Shown piece by piece: positions 36,075-44,988 of a stretch of 64,000 bases of DNA. The notes below the pieces were generated by a model. That model was given only the letters and a program-made list of their open reading frames with translations, was not told the origin of the DNA and searched no databases. Made by a program: the position numbers and the translations under genes. Positions within the stretch are counted from its first letter, which is position 1, and each line of letters opens with the position of its first letter. The stretch comes from an uncultured Saprospiraceae bacterium (GTDB lineage: Bacteria > Bacteroidota > Bacteroidia > Chitinophagales > Saprospiraceae). The stretch spans positions 26,494 to 90,493 of the forward strand of contig CAYYGN010000006.1 in assembly GCA_964471595.1 (NCBI GenBank). Direction: 5' to 3'.

Positions 36075-36715
36075 GTCGAGTTGTACGGCGACCTTTTACG
36101 TCATGACGTTTACTAAGACTCCAGGGGTTGGTAAACGTGTAGGTAATTTTTTGGCTGGTGCCAGGCTCATTGGTTTCGCCCGTTCTGCGTCGAGCTGTAT
36201 GCCATTGAGGTCCGTCAGGGGTTGTTCCTTTTCGAGGTGGCAAAAAGGAACCAAAAACCACTTGTCGCCGTAAGGCTCGCGGTGCTCCAGCCGATGATGC
36301 TGATCTACTGGAGTTCCGTCATTGCGCATGGCGTAAGGCCGCCTCGAGGGCCAGCGCTGGTTTTCAGCGGGCGTGGTTTTCGGGGCCTGAGCAAGTGTGT
36401 TCTGCCTGGCAAAGGAGCATTCGCTCGTTCCGGCTCCCCGCTGAAAAAGGCGCACACTTGAAGGGTTGGCCCTCTCAGTGCCAGTGGCGAGCTGGACGGC
36501 GACGTTTTTTGTTCTGACATTATTCTTTTTCGTCTCGACCCTCAGACGATGAGTTGTATGCCCTTGAGGTCCGCCAGGATGGAAGGAGGAATATCCTGGG
36601 CTATGGCGAATTGGGGGCCCCAACCCCTCATTGGTTTCACCCGTTCGGTGTCGAGCTGTGCGGCGACGTTTTACATCATGACGATTACTAAGCCTCCAGG
36701 GATAGGTAAACGTGT
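36075..36715. repeat. Scrambled direct-repeat family in a long non-coding gap (five copies of a GTCGAGCTGT-type core plus longer shared blocks)
   Basis: Hand alignments follow. 36075-36140 vs 36650-36715: 58/66 identical. 36166-36198 vs 36627-36659: 30/33. 36189-36219 vs 36548-36578: 26/31. 36486-36508 vs 36650-36672: 20/23. All copies are in the same orientation with irregular spacing (about 60-115 nt units at both ends of the gap). Confidence 0.75.
36224..36251. other. Stable hairpin (9 bp stem) inside the repeat-containing gap
   Basis: GTTCCTTTT (36224-36232), loop 36233-36242, AAAAGGAAC (36243-36251). No flanking U-tract on either strand, so it is not called as a terminator. Confidence 0.5.
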
Positions 36716-36807
36716 TGATTGCCCGGATCAAGCCGGGATGGTGGCAGACCGTATTCCGACCTGGTAGCGCGGACTGAAAAGGTTGTGGTTGGCCGGAAGG
36801 CAAGTGA

Positions 36808-37950
36808 TCAATCCACTACCATGGCGGCGCGGTCGAGCGTCTGTTGCTCCATATCGGCGGGGAGTTCGCGGAAGTTGTACTGCTGGTCGCGGAGCCGGGG
36901 TTCAAAGCCCGCATCCCGGATGGCCTGCTGGATCCCGTCGGCCGTAAACCGGAACGGAGCGCCGGCCGCGCTGACCACATTTTCCTCGATCATGATGCTG
37001 CCCCAATCATTGGCGCCGGCATGCAGGCACACCTGGGCCACCTGTTTGCCGACCGTCAGCCAGGACGCCTGGACATTCACGACGTTGGGGAGCATGATGC
37101 GGCTCATGGCGATCATGCGGACATACTCGTCACCCGTGCAGGTATTGCGGGCTCGTTTCAGACGGCGCAGGAGGGTGCCCTCGTCCTGGAAGGGCCAGGG
37201 GATAAAGGCCAGGAACCCTTTGGCATCGGCCGGTTTTTTGGCCTGCACCTCGCGGAGGCGGACGAAGTGCTCCATCCGCTCCAGGTTGGTCTCGATATGG
37301 CCAAACATCATGGTGGCTGAGGTGGTCAGGCGGAGCTGGTGGGCCGCTTCCATGACGGCCAGCCACTCGTCGCCGCCGCATTTTCCTTTGGAGATCAGGC
37401 GGCGCACCCGGTCGTCGAGAATTTCGGCGCCGGCACCGGGCAGGCTGTCCAGGCCGGCGTCCATCAAGGCCCGGAGGACTTCCGTATGGGTGCTTTTCTC
37501 GAGTTTGGTGATGTGCGCGATCTCGGGCGGTCCGAGGGCATGGAGTTTCAGACGGGGATAGAGGCGCTTGAGTTCGCGGAATAGGTTGACGTAATAGTCA
37601 AGCCCCAGGTCGGGATGGTGACCGCCCTGAAGCAGGAGCTGCTCCCCGCCCAGGCGAAAAGTCTCCTCTATTTTCTGCTTGTAGTCCTCGATCGAAGTGA
37701 CATAGGATTCTTCATGACCGGGGCGGCGGTAGAAGTTGCAGAATTTGCAATTGGCCACACATACATTAGTGGTGTTGGCATTGCGGTCGATGATCCAGGT
37801 GACGGTCTGGCCGGGGACGTGGTGCTGGCGCAGAGCGTTGCCGACAATCATCAACTCGGCGGTCGGGGCCTGCTCGAACAAGAACACCCCTTCCCCGGCG
37901 GAGAGGAATTCGCGGCGGAGGGCGCGTTGCAGCAGGTCGTGAATTTCCAT
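36808..37950 (-). CDS. CofH/MqnC/MqnE-family radical SAM enzyme (futalosine-pathway type)
   Basis: The start is trimmed to MEIHDLLQRAL at 37950. The radical-SAM cluster motif is NVCVANCKFCNF. The protein is ~380 aa with the family-typical ...GANDWGSIMIEENVVSAAG near the C-terminus. Confidence 0.85.
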   Translation of the reverse strand: MEIHDLLQRALRREFLSAGEGVFLFEQAPTAELMIVGNALRQHHVPGQTVTWIIDRNANTTNVCVANCKFCNFYRRPGHEESYVTSIEDYKQKIEETFRLGGEQLLLQGGHHPDLGLDYYVNLFRELKRLYPRLKLHALGPPEIAHITKLEKSTHTEVLRALMDAGLDSLPGAGAEILDDRVRRLISKGKCGGDEWLAVMEAAHQLRLTTSATMMFGHIETNLERMEHFVRLREVQAKKPADAKGFLAFIPWPFQDEGTLLRRLKRARNTCTGDEYVRMIAMSRIMLPNVVNVQASWLTVGKQVAQVCLHAGANDWGSIMIEENVVSAAGAPFRFTADGIQQAIRDAGFEPRLRDQQYNFRELPADMEQQTLDRAAMVVD

Positions 37951-37985
37951 AGGAGGGTATAAAGATAAGGCGCCGTCCCGAGCGG

Positions 37986-38186
37986 TCAGAATTTGAGGAT
38001 GCCTTTGGCGAGGAGGTAAGGCAGGAGGATGTACAAAAAGCTGTCCCGGATCAGGTAATAGAGAAAGATCGCGATGACCACTTTCCACCCGGCGGCTTTC
38101 AGCATGGCCTTGAAGCCCTGTTCCTTGTAGATGACCAGGTACTTGCGGATCCAGCGGGGGGTGATGGCGTCGCGAAACTTACCCAC
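37986..38186 (-). CDS. Small hypothetical membrane protein
   Basis: 66 aa (MGKFRDAITPRWIRKYLVIYKEQGFKAMLKAAGWKVVIAIFLYYLIRDSFLYILLPYLLAKGILKF). It has a basic N-terminus then hydrophobic helices, and fits neatly between its neighbours on the same strand. Confidence 0.45.
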   Translation of the reverse strand: MGKFRDAITPRWIRKYLVIYKEQGFKAMLKAAGWKVVIAIFLYYLIRDSFLYILLPYLLAKGILKF

Positions 38187-38237
38187 GGTGCGTGATTGGA
38201 TTCTCCATAAGACAATTCGGCATCCGGATTGTTCGGC

Positions 38238-39326
38238 TTATTGTTGGGCTTTCGAGGCCAGCCAGAGGCTGACGGCAGTAAAGACGAGATTGGGAATCCA
38301 GACCCCGAGCAGGGGCGAAAGGCTTTGGTTCATGGCGAAGGTGGTGGAAAACCGGGAAAGGAAAATGTACACCGCCCCAATCCCGATCCCGATGGCGAGG
38401 TGGAGGCCGAGACCACCGCGCACCTTGCGGGAGGCAACGGCCACACCGATCAGGCTGAGGATGAGAATGGTAAAGGGGTCGGCCGTGCGGCGGTGCTTTT
38501 CGACCTCGTATTTGCGGGCATTGCCTGCACCCCGCACCTTGAGCTTGTCGATGTAACGGATCAGCTCGGGCGTGGTCATCATGTCTTTCTGGTCCACGTA
38601 TTCCACAAAATCGGAAGGGTGGATATTGAGCACCGTGTCGAGCTCCTTGCCCATACCGGAAATGAGCTGTTCGCCGAGGGAGTCGATTTGGCGGATTTCG
38701 TAATGGCGCAACCGCCAGGAGCCGGCGGCTTCCTGCCATTGGGCGGAGCGCGCTTTGAGCAGGCTGGTGAGCTGCTGCCCTTCATATCGCTCGAGCCGCA
38801 CGTCCACCATGGTCGAGTCGGCTTTCCGGTAAAAACTGATGTAGATCTTCTCGCCCGGCCGCAGGAACATGTGAATGTCATTGGAGCGGCCTTTCTCGTT
38901 GGTGGTCCAGATGTACTGATGTTCGAAATCGAGGCGGTGCTTGTTGGCGTTGGGAATGAAAAAATGGTTGCCGGCGAGATGACCGGCGGCAAAAACGGAG
39001 GCGCCGATCAGGTAGGGGCGGGCCAGGCGCCAAAAGCTCATCCCCGCATTGAACATGGAGATGATCTCCGAATTGTACGCCATGCGGGAGGTGAAAAATA
39101 TAACGGAAATCAGGGCGTAAATAGGCCATAGCAGGCCGTTGATGAAGGGGAGAAAATGGATGTAATAGGTGGAGAGGACCTCGCCGAAACCCAGCTTGTT
39201 GACGATGAATTTCTCGACCTTCTCGCTCAGGTCCACGGCGATGGATACGAGGGAAAAGATCAGCGCCGTGAACAGGTAGGTGGTGCTGTACTTGCGCAGG
39301 ATGTAGCGGTCGAGGGTCTTCAGCAT
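38238..39326 (-). CDS. LptF/LptG-family LPS export permease
   Basis: The start is trimmed to MLKTLDRYILRKYSTTYLF at 39326, the family-typical N-terminus. It has 6 TM segments with a large periplasmic loop. Confidence 0.85.
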   Translation of the reverse strand: MLKTLDRYILRKYSTTYLFTALIFSLVSIAVDLSEKVEKFIVNKLGFGEVLSTYYIHFLPFINGLLWPIYALISVIFFTSRMAYNSEIISMFNAGMSFWRLARPYLIGASVFAAGHLAGNHFFIPNANKHRLDFEHQYIWTTNEKGRSNDIHMFLRPGEKIYISFYRKADSTMVDVRLERYEGQQLTSLLKARSAQWQEAAGSWRLRHYEIRQIDSLGEQLISGMGKELDTVLNIHPSDFVEYVDQKDMMTTPELIRYIDKLKVRGAGNARKYEVEKHRRTADPFTILILSLIGVAVASRKVRGGLGLHLAIGIGIGAVYIFLSRFSTTFAMNQSLSPLLGVWIPNLVFTAVSLWLASKAQQ

Positions 39327-39327
39327 T

Positions 39328-40455
39328 TCACAGGTGTTGGCTGAGGGCGGGGACGAGGCGTTCTTTCCAGGCGGCGAACGATCCCTGCAGGATCCGCTCT
39401 CTGGCTTCCCTGACCAGCCAAAGGTAAAAACCGAGGTTGTGCTGGGAGGCGAGCATGGGCCCCAACATTTCACCGCTGTGGAAAAGATGCCGCAGGTAGG
39501 CCCGCGACGTGGTCCTGCTGACTTCTGTGGGACCTTCCGGGTCAATGGGGTTGAAGTCGCTCTCCCATTTCTTGTTGCGGATATGGATGATGCCTTCGCG
39601 GGTGAAGAGCAGTCCGTGGCGGGCATTGCGCGTGGGCATCACACAGTCGAACATGTCGATGCCGAGGGCGATGCCTTCGAGGATATTGGCCGGGGTACCA
39701 ACGCCCATGAGATAACGGGGCCGGTCGGCCGGAAGGAGGGGGCAGACCAGCGCGGTGATGCGATACATTTCTTCGGCCGGTTCGCCGACCGAAAGGCCTC
39801 CGATCGCGATGCCCGGGGTGTCCTGAGCGGCGAGGAAAGCGGCTGATTCGGTGCGCAGGTCGTCATAGGTGCCTCCCTGGATGATGGGAAACAGCATCTG
39901 CGGGTAGCCGTAGAGCGGTGGCCGGTTGTCGAAATGGTTTTTGCAGCGCTCCCACCACCGGTGGGTGAGTTCCATGCTTTTCCTGGCGTAGGCATGGTCG
40001 CACGGATAGGGCGGACACTCGTCAAAAGCCATGATAATGTCCCCGCCGATGCTGCGCTGGATATCCATGGCGCGTTCGGGGGTGAACAGATGCCTGGATC
40101 CGTCGATGTGCGACTGGAATATGACGCCTTCCTCGGTGATTTTGCGCGATTGGGCGAGACTGTACACCTGGTATCCCCCGCTGTCGGTGAGGATGGGGCG
40201 GTCCCAGCCCATGAAGCGATGCAGGCCCCCTGCCTGTTCGAGGATATCGGTGCCGGGTCGGAGATACAGGTGATAGGTATTGCCCAGGATGATGCGGGCG
40301 TCCACCACTTCGCGGAGTTGAGGCTGGGTGACGGCCTTGACGGTGCCGGCTGTACCCACAGGCATGAATATGGGGGTGGGGATGTCGCCGTGTCCGGTAG
40401 TGAGGATCCCGGCGCGGGCCGAGGAGCCCGGATCCGTGGCCTGGAGGGTAAACAT
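39328..40455 (-). CDS. tgt: tRNA-guanine(34) transglycosylase (queuine tRNA-ribosyltransferase)
   Basis: The start is trimmed to MFTLQATD at 40455. Motifs: TPIFMPVGT, LTDSGGYQV, FDCVMPTRNARHG, SRAYLRHL. The canonical zinc-site CxCxxC is absent (see findings). Confidence 0.9.
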   Translation of the reverse strand: MFTLQATDPGSSARAGILTTGHGDIPTPIFMPVGTAGTVKAVTQPQLREVVDARIILGNTYHLYLRPGTDILEQAGGLHRFMGWDRPILTDSGGYQVYSLAQSRKITEEGVIFQSHIDGSRHLFTPERAMDIQRSIGGDIIMAFDECPPYPCDHAYARKSMELTHRWWERCKNHFDNRPPLYGYPQMLFPIIQGGTYDDLRTESAAFLAAQDTPGIAIGGLSVGEPAEEMYRITALVCPLLPADRPRYLMGVGTPANILEGIALGIDMFDCVMPTRNARHGLLFTREGIIHIRNKKWESDFNPIDPEGPTEVSRTTSRAYLRHLFHSGEMLGPMLASQHNLGFYLWLVREARERILQGSFAAWKERLVPALSQHL

Positions 40456-40519
40456 GGGGGGCAAAGGTAGGGAGGATCGGAATGGCAGACGATCGGCGAT
40501 CGCCTCGGTGAGGGCCTGC

Positions 40520-41494
40520 CTACCCCGGTCGCCCCTTCCAGGTGGACGGTGCGGTCCCGTAATGGTCCTGCCATAGCCGGCGCAACTGGCGCCCGTCGGC
40601 AAAACCGCATTCGCCGGCCACGAAATCCAGGGTATGACCGGGATGGCGCATCAGGGTTTCCGCCCGTTCAAGCCTGACCCGCGTGCGGTACTCCTGAATG
40701 CTTATACCGGTATGGAGGCGGAAAAGCCGGGTGAGGTGGCGTTCCGACAGGTGAACCCTGGCGGCCAGGTCGGCCAGCGAACTTCTCTCTCCGGGATTCT
40801 GGAGAATGAGGTCCTGAACCTGGTGGATGGCGGGATGAATGTGGGTGCGAAAATCGAGGTACATACTGCCCTGCGACTGCCCGCCGGGCCTGCGCAGGTA
40901 CACCACCATTTCACGCGACACCTTGGCGGTCAGGACAGGTCCGTATAATTCCTCGACGATGTACAAGGCCAGATCGATGCCGGAAGTCATGCCTGCGCTG
41001 GTATAGAGATTGCCGTCCCGCACAAAAAGCTGGTCGTCCACCACCTTGACAAAGGGATAGCGCTCCCGCATGTAATCCAGGCATTTCCAGTGCGTGGTAC
41101 AGGTTCGGCCGTTGAGCAGGCGGGATTCCGCCAACACAAAGGCGCCGCTGCAGACGGAGCATATGCGGACCCCGGCCTGGAACTGCTCCCGGAGCCACCG
41201 GAAAAAATCCTCGTATCCCTGCTCGAACTGGCCTCCCCGGATGGCGCTGAATTCAATCCCGCACAGAAAGAGGTAATCCTCCTCCCCCAGCGAAAGATGC
41301 CGGTAAGAAGGCAGTGCCTCAAAAGCGAGCCCCTGCCGGGATGGGATGTTGCCCCCTGCCGCCAAGCCGGCATAACGGATGTCAAATCCCGCACCGAATT
41401 CATTGGCTTCATAAAATACCTGCACCGGACCGGCCAGGTCTATGAGATGCACGTTGGGCAGCACGGCAAAGGCGACCTGATAGCGTTTTTCCAT
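40520..41494 (-). CDS. GlxA-family transcriptional regulator (DJ-1/PfpI domain + AraC-type HTH)
   Basis: ICSVCSGAFVLAESRLLNGRTCTTHW is the DJ-1/PfpI nucleophile-elbow context. The C-terminus carries AraC HTH motifs. Confidence 0.85.
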   Translation of the reverse strand: MEKRYQVAFAVLPNVHLIDLAGPVQVFYEANEFGAGFDIRYAGLAAGGNIPSRQGLAFEALPSYRHLSLGEEDYLFLCGIEFSAIRGGQFEQGYEDFFRWLREQFQAGVRICSVCSGAFVLAESRLLNGRTCTTHWKCLDYMRERYPFVKVVDDQLFVRDGNLYTSAGMTSGIDLALYIVEELYGPVLTAKVSREMVVYLRRPGGQSQGSMYLDFRTHIHPAIHQVQDLILQNPGERSSLADLAARVHLSERHLTRLFRLHTGISIQEYRTRVRLERAETLMRHPGHTLDFVAGECGFADGRQLRRLWQDHYGTAPSTWKGRPG

Positions 41495-41604
41495 AACTCA
41501 TTCCTTAAATTTTTCTGACCGGATTTGTCCGATCAGTATGAATGAGACGGCCGGTCATAATGCTGTCGTCCATTTTCCATGCCATCTCTTCACTCCGGTT
41601 TGTG

Positions 41605-41620
41605 ATGGTAAAATTACCAT
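41605..41620. promoter_or_regulatory. Perfect palindrome ATGGTAA-AA-TTACCAT in a divergent intergenic region (candidate operator)
   Basis: 7-bp arms with a 2-bp spacer, read directly at 41605-41620. It lies between the GlxA-type regulator (minus) and the multicopper oxidase (plus). Confidence 0.3.
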
Positions 41621-41791
41621 TTATCCAATAAAATGTGCGGCATATTCCGGACCCATACCGGACATTTCCGGCCATAGATGTGTCTCTGGCGTCCATTCTC
41701 ATGTCATTTGGCTGAAAATGTCCGGTGATCGTCCTGTTTGCCCCTTGCCCTGCCCGCTACTTTTGCCTTCACAAAACATTATTGATCTGCC

Positions 41792-43444
41792 ATGAAACCA
41801 CTGATTCTTATTGTTGCTGCCGGTTGTTCTTTTGTCACCTCCCTCCCCGTGGAGATTCCGTCCGTGCATGAATGGCCGGCCCGGCTGGAAGAAGTCGCGG
41901 TGGAAATGGTTCATGCCATCTTCCTCGTACCCGAAGGCCCTGAGGCGGGGCAGACCGACTGCCGGTTCATGCCTTTGGTCCTTCCCTCCGGCCCATTATG
42001 CGGAGTTGAACCCCCGGCCTGCCAGGCCGCTGACCACCGGGACACCATGGCCCTTGCCTCTGATTCCATCACCTCAACCATTTTTCCTATGTCCAAAACA
42101 ACCCTTATTCATCTGACGGCCGGCGAGTTTGACTGGCCGATAGCTCCCGGGCGCTGTATCCGTGCGTGGGGATTCAATGGTTCCGTACCGGGGCCGGTCA
42201 TCGAAGCCCGTCAGGGGGATACCCTGCGGATCCTGTTCACCAACCGGCTTCCTGAACCGACGGTAGTGCATTGGCACGGGCTGCGCATTCCGGCGGCCAT
42301 GGACGGGACGGAGGCGGTCCAACCTGTGGTGCCGCCCGGCGGTACCTGGGAATATGTCTTGCCCCTGCCGGATGCGGGCACCTTTTGGTATCACGCCCAT
42401 GCCAACGAAACGGTCCAGATGGAGCGGGGCATGTACGGCAGCATTGTAGTGAGGGGAAAGGAGGATCCCGTTCTGGACGGTGACCGGGTCCTGATGTTCG
42501 ACGATATGCACCTCGACCGCAAAGGGAATTTCCGGAAGCCATCCTGGTTTTTGCCCCGTTGGATGGAACGCCATAATGGTCGCGAAGGGAGTGAACTCCT
42601 GATCAACGGGCATACCGACACCCGTCTGGAAATGCGGGCAGGCACGGCCGAGCGGTGGCGGTTGGTCAACGCCGCCTCCGCCCGGTATGTAAGATTTTAC
42701 CTCGGGGGAACCCCTTTTCGTGTTATGGCGGCCGATGGGCGCCTGCTGGAAAGACCGGTGACCATGACCGAATTGTTGCTCACACCAGGGGAACGGGCAG
42801 ATATCGTTGTCGGGCCGTTGACGGAGGGCCGGGTCATCCCGGTCGAGTCCCTCCCATACGATCGGGGAGTCGGCCGTCCCCGTCAAACCCGGTGGGGCAC
42901 ATTGACGGTAAAAGGCAGCAACGCGCAGCCTGCCCTGTTACCCGACCGGCTGGCCTGGATTCCCGTTTTGGCGGACCCGGATGCCCGACCCACCCGGCAA
43001 ATCGTCCTGCATGGGCGGCGCAACTGGAAGGATGGCGTCGATTTTACCATCAACGGTGAGATGCACCTGGAAGACAGGCCCGTGCGGGTCGGATCCGTTG
43101 AGGTTTGGGAAATCCACAACCCGAGCATGATGGACCACCCCTTCCACCTGCACGGATTCTTTTTTCAGGTCCTTTCCGTCAACGGGCAACCACCGGCATA
43201 CCGCAGCTGGAAGGACACGGTCAACGTGCCCCGGGGTGCCACCGTACGGATTGCCTGGCAGGTCGATGATCGTCCGGGCAGATGGATGTATCACTGCCAT
43301 ATTCTGGAGCATCATGCAGCGGGCATGATGGCTCATTTCGAGGTAATTCCGGCCAACGGGGACGATGCCGGATCCGGTAAATCGGCCGGATACCGGCAAA
43401 CCCGCAAAGGGCATTCGCCTTCTGCCACCTGCCAGAACCGATAA
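41792..43444 (+). CDS. Multicopper oxidase family protein
   Basis: Four copper-binding motifs: HWHGLRIP, WYHAH, HPFHLHG, HCHILEHHAAGMM. The N-terminal ~100 aa is uncertain: either a lipoprotein-like LILIVAAGC start at 41792 or an alternative Met (MSKTTLIHL) at 42089. Confidence 0.8.
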   Translation: MKPLILIVAAGCSFVTSLPVEIPSVHEWPARLEEVAVEMVHAIFLVPEGPEAGQTDCRFMPLVLPSGPLCGVEPPACQAADHRDTMALASDSITSTIFPMSKTTLIHLTAGEFDWPIAPGRCIRAWGFNGSVPGPVIEARQGDTLRILFTNRLPEPTVVHWHGLRIPAAMDGTEAVQPVVPPGGTWEYVLPLPDAGTFWYHAHANETVQMERGMYGSIVVRGKEDPVLDGDRVLMFDDMHLDRKGNFRKPSWFLPRWMERHNGREGSELLINGHTDTRLEMRAGTAERWRLVNAASARYVRFYLGGTPFRVMAADGRLLERPVTMTELLLTPGERADIVVGPLTEGRVIPVESLPYDRGVGRPRQTRWGTLTVKGSNAQPALLPDRLAWIPVLADPDARPTRQIVLHGRRNWKDGVDFTINGEMHLEDRPVRVGSVEVWEIHNPSMMDHPFHLHGFFFQVLSVNGQPPAYRSWKDTVNVPRGATVRIAWQVDDRPGRWMYHCHILEHHAAGMMAHFEVIPANGDDAGSGKSAGYRQTRKGHSPSATCQNR

Positions 43445-43486
43445 GACGACGCCGTGTGATTCCTGCGGGGCGGCGGAAACGTTTGC

Positions 43487-43957
43487 TCAGAGCTTCATGT
43501 CCTCAACGGTCTGCCGTACCAGGGTGGCATAGGCGCGGAGCGACACGGGAAGGGCGCTGGTATCGGGATCCAGTTCCCATCGGAGCCAGGTATTGTCCTC
43601 ATAAATGGCGAGATAGAGGGAACCCTGATCCACACAACCCGGACAGCCCAGTTTGACGCCCGGTTGATCCATGAGTTCCTGCGGGAATTGATCCCGCAAT
43701 GCCTGGGCCTGGACGGCTTTGTCTCCGGAGAGGGGTGTGCTGAGGAAAACCGGGTTTTCCGTCATGCGGTCCATGGAATCCGCAAAGACGGCATTGTTCT
43801 TCAGCAGGAACAATTGGGTGCAGGTGGGGCCCATGCAGAAGTCATTGAAATAGCCGAATATGAACGACTGGCTTCCCTCGGGGACAAAGGATTCCTTGTC
43901 GTGGCATTGGAATGCCCACATAGGCAATAGGACAACTGCGAGCAGGAAACGCATCAT
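43487..43957 (-). CDS. Hypothetical secreted Cys-containing protein
   Basis: Signal peptide MMRFLLAVVLLPMWAFQC. 156 aa. No family recognised. Confidence 0.5.
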   Translation of the reverse strand: MMRFLLAVVLLPMWAFQCHDKESFVPEGSQSFIFGYFNDFCMGPTCTQLFLLKNNAVFADSMDRMTENPVFLSTPLSGDKAVQAQALRDQFPQELMDQPGVKLGCPGCVDQGSLYLAIYEDNTWLRWELDPDTSALPVSLRAYATLVRQTVEDMKL

Positions 43958-44059
43958 GGGAAGGTCGATTACAGTGATCAGTATTTACAAGGATAACGTC
44001 TGCAAAGCGGAGTTCGTGGGTGGCGTTCGGGATAAATCGTGTCCCCTTACCTTTGCGAC

Positions 44060-44878
44060 ATGCATCCTTTGCGTTCCCTGATCGAAGCGGCCTGGCTGGA
44101 CCGCGATCTGTTGACCGGGTCAGAGACCCGGTCGGCCATTGAATCGGTGATTGATGAGCTCGACCGCGGGGTTTTGCGGGTGGCCGAGCCGATGCCGGAT
44201 GGTCATTGGCAGGTCAACGAGTGGGTGAAAAAGGCGGTCATTCTCTATTTTCCGATCCGGCAAATGGAAGTCATAGAAGCTGATCCGTTCGTCTTTCACG
44301 ACAAAATACCGCTCAAGCGCAATTACGCCGAGATGGGCGTGCGGGTGGTCCCTCATGCCATTGCGCGGTACGGTGCGTTTCTGGAGAGGGGGGTCATCAT
44401 GATGCCCTCCTACGTCAACATCGGCGCCTGGGTTGGCGCGGGCACCATGGTGGATACCTGGGCTACGGTAGGCTCGTGTGCCCAGATCGGCCGAAACGTG
44501 CATCTGAGTGGCGGTGTGGGCATTGGAGGGGTGCTGGAGCCGGTGCAGGCGGCACCAGTCATCATCGAGGACGATTGCTTCATCGGCTCGAGATGCATCG
44601 TGGTGGAAGGGGTGCGGGTGGAAAAAGAGGCCGTGCTCGGCGCCAACGTGGTCCTCACCCAAAGCACCCATATCATCGACGTCACGGGTTCGGATCCCGT
44701 CACATACCGGGGCCGGGTGCCGGCGCGGTCGGTAGTGATCCCCGGTGCTTATACCAAATCCTTTCCGGCCGGCGACTACCAGGTCAATTGTGCCCTGATC
44801 ATCGGTCTGCGCAAGCCCAGCACGGACCTGAAAACATCGCTCAATGACGCGTTGAGGGATTACGGGGTGTCGGTGTAA
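44060..44878 (+). CDS. dapD: 2,3,4,5-tetrahydropyridine-2,6-dicarboxylate N-succinyltransferase
   Basis: MHPLRSLIEAAWLDRDLL...LRVAEPMPDGHWQVNEWVKKAVILYFPI is followed by left-handed beta-helix hexapeptide repeats (GAWVGAGTMVDTWATVGSCAQIGRNVHLSGGVGIGG). The start is taken at the second Met. Confidence 0.85.
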   Translation: MHPLRSLIEAAWLDRDLLTGSETRSAIESVIDELDRGVLRVAEPMPDGHWQVNEWVKKAVILYFPIRQMEVIEADPFVFHDKIPLKRNYAEMGVRVVPHAIARYGAFLERGVIMMPSYVNIGAWVGAGTMVDTWATVGSCAQIGRNVHLSGGVGIGGVLEPVQAAPVIIEDDCFIGSRCIVVEGVRVEKEAVLGANVVLTQSTHIIDVTGSDPVTYRGRVPARSVVIPGAYTKSFPAGDYQVNCALIIGLRKPSTDLKTSLNDALRDYGVSV

Positions 44879-44988
44879 GCGGACGCACAATGCGTGGTTC
44901 CATAGGGTGTTGGCGGGTTTTCTGTGGCCGAAGGCATGAAACTTGTATCTTTGCCCGTTCTTTTTTGGCGCTCACAAATCCTGGAACC

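Noticed and set aside
36075-36715. CRISPR array or group II intron domain V (GAGCTGTATGCC... resembles the D5 5' strand)
   Set aside because: The repeats are imperfect, of unequal length and irregularly spaced, with no uniform spacers, and there are no cas genes. The D5-like string has no complementary 3' strand to form the 34-nt hairpin, and there is no RT/maturase ORF.
36096-36803. 235-aa minus-strand ORF spanning the repeat-rich gap
   Set aside because: Its R/T/P/H-rich composition is not protein-like. It runs through repeat copies in different frames, so the same DNA repeat is read in two frames within one ORF. It also overlaps the stop region of the radical-SAM gene. I treated the region as non-coding.
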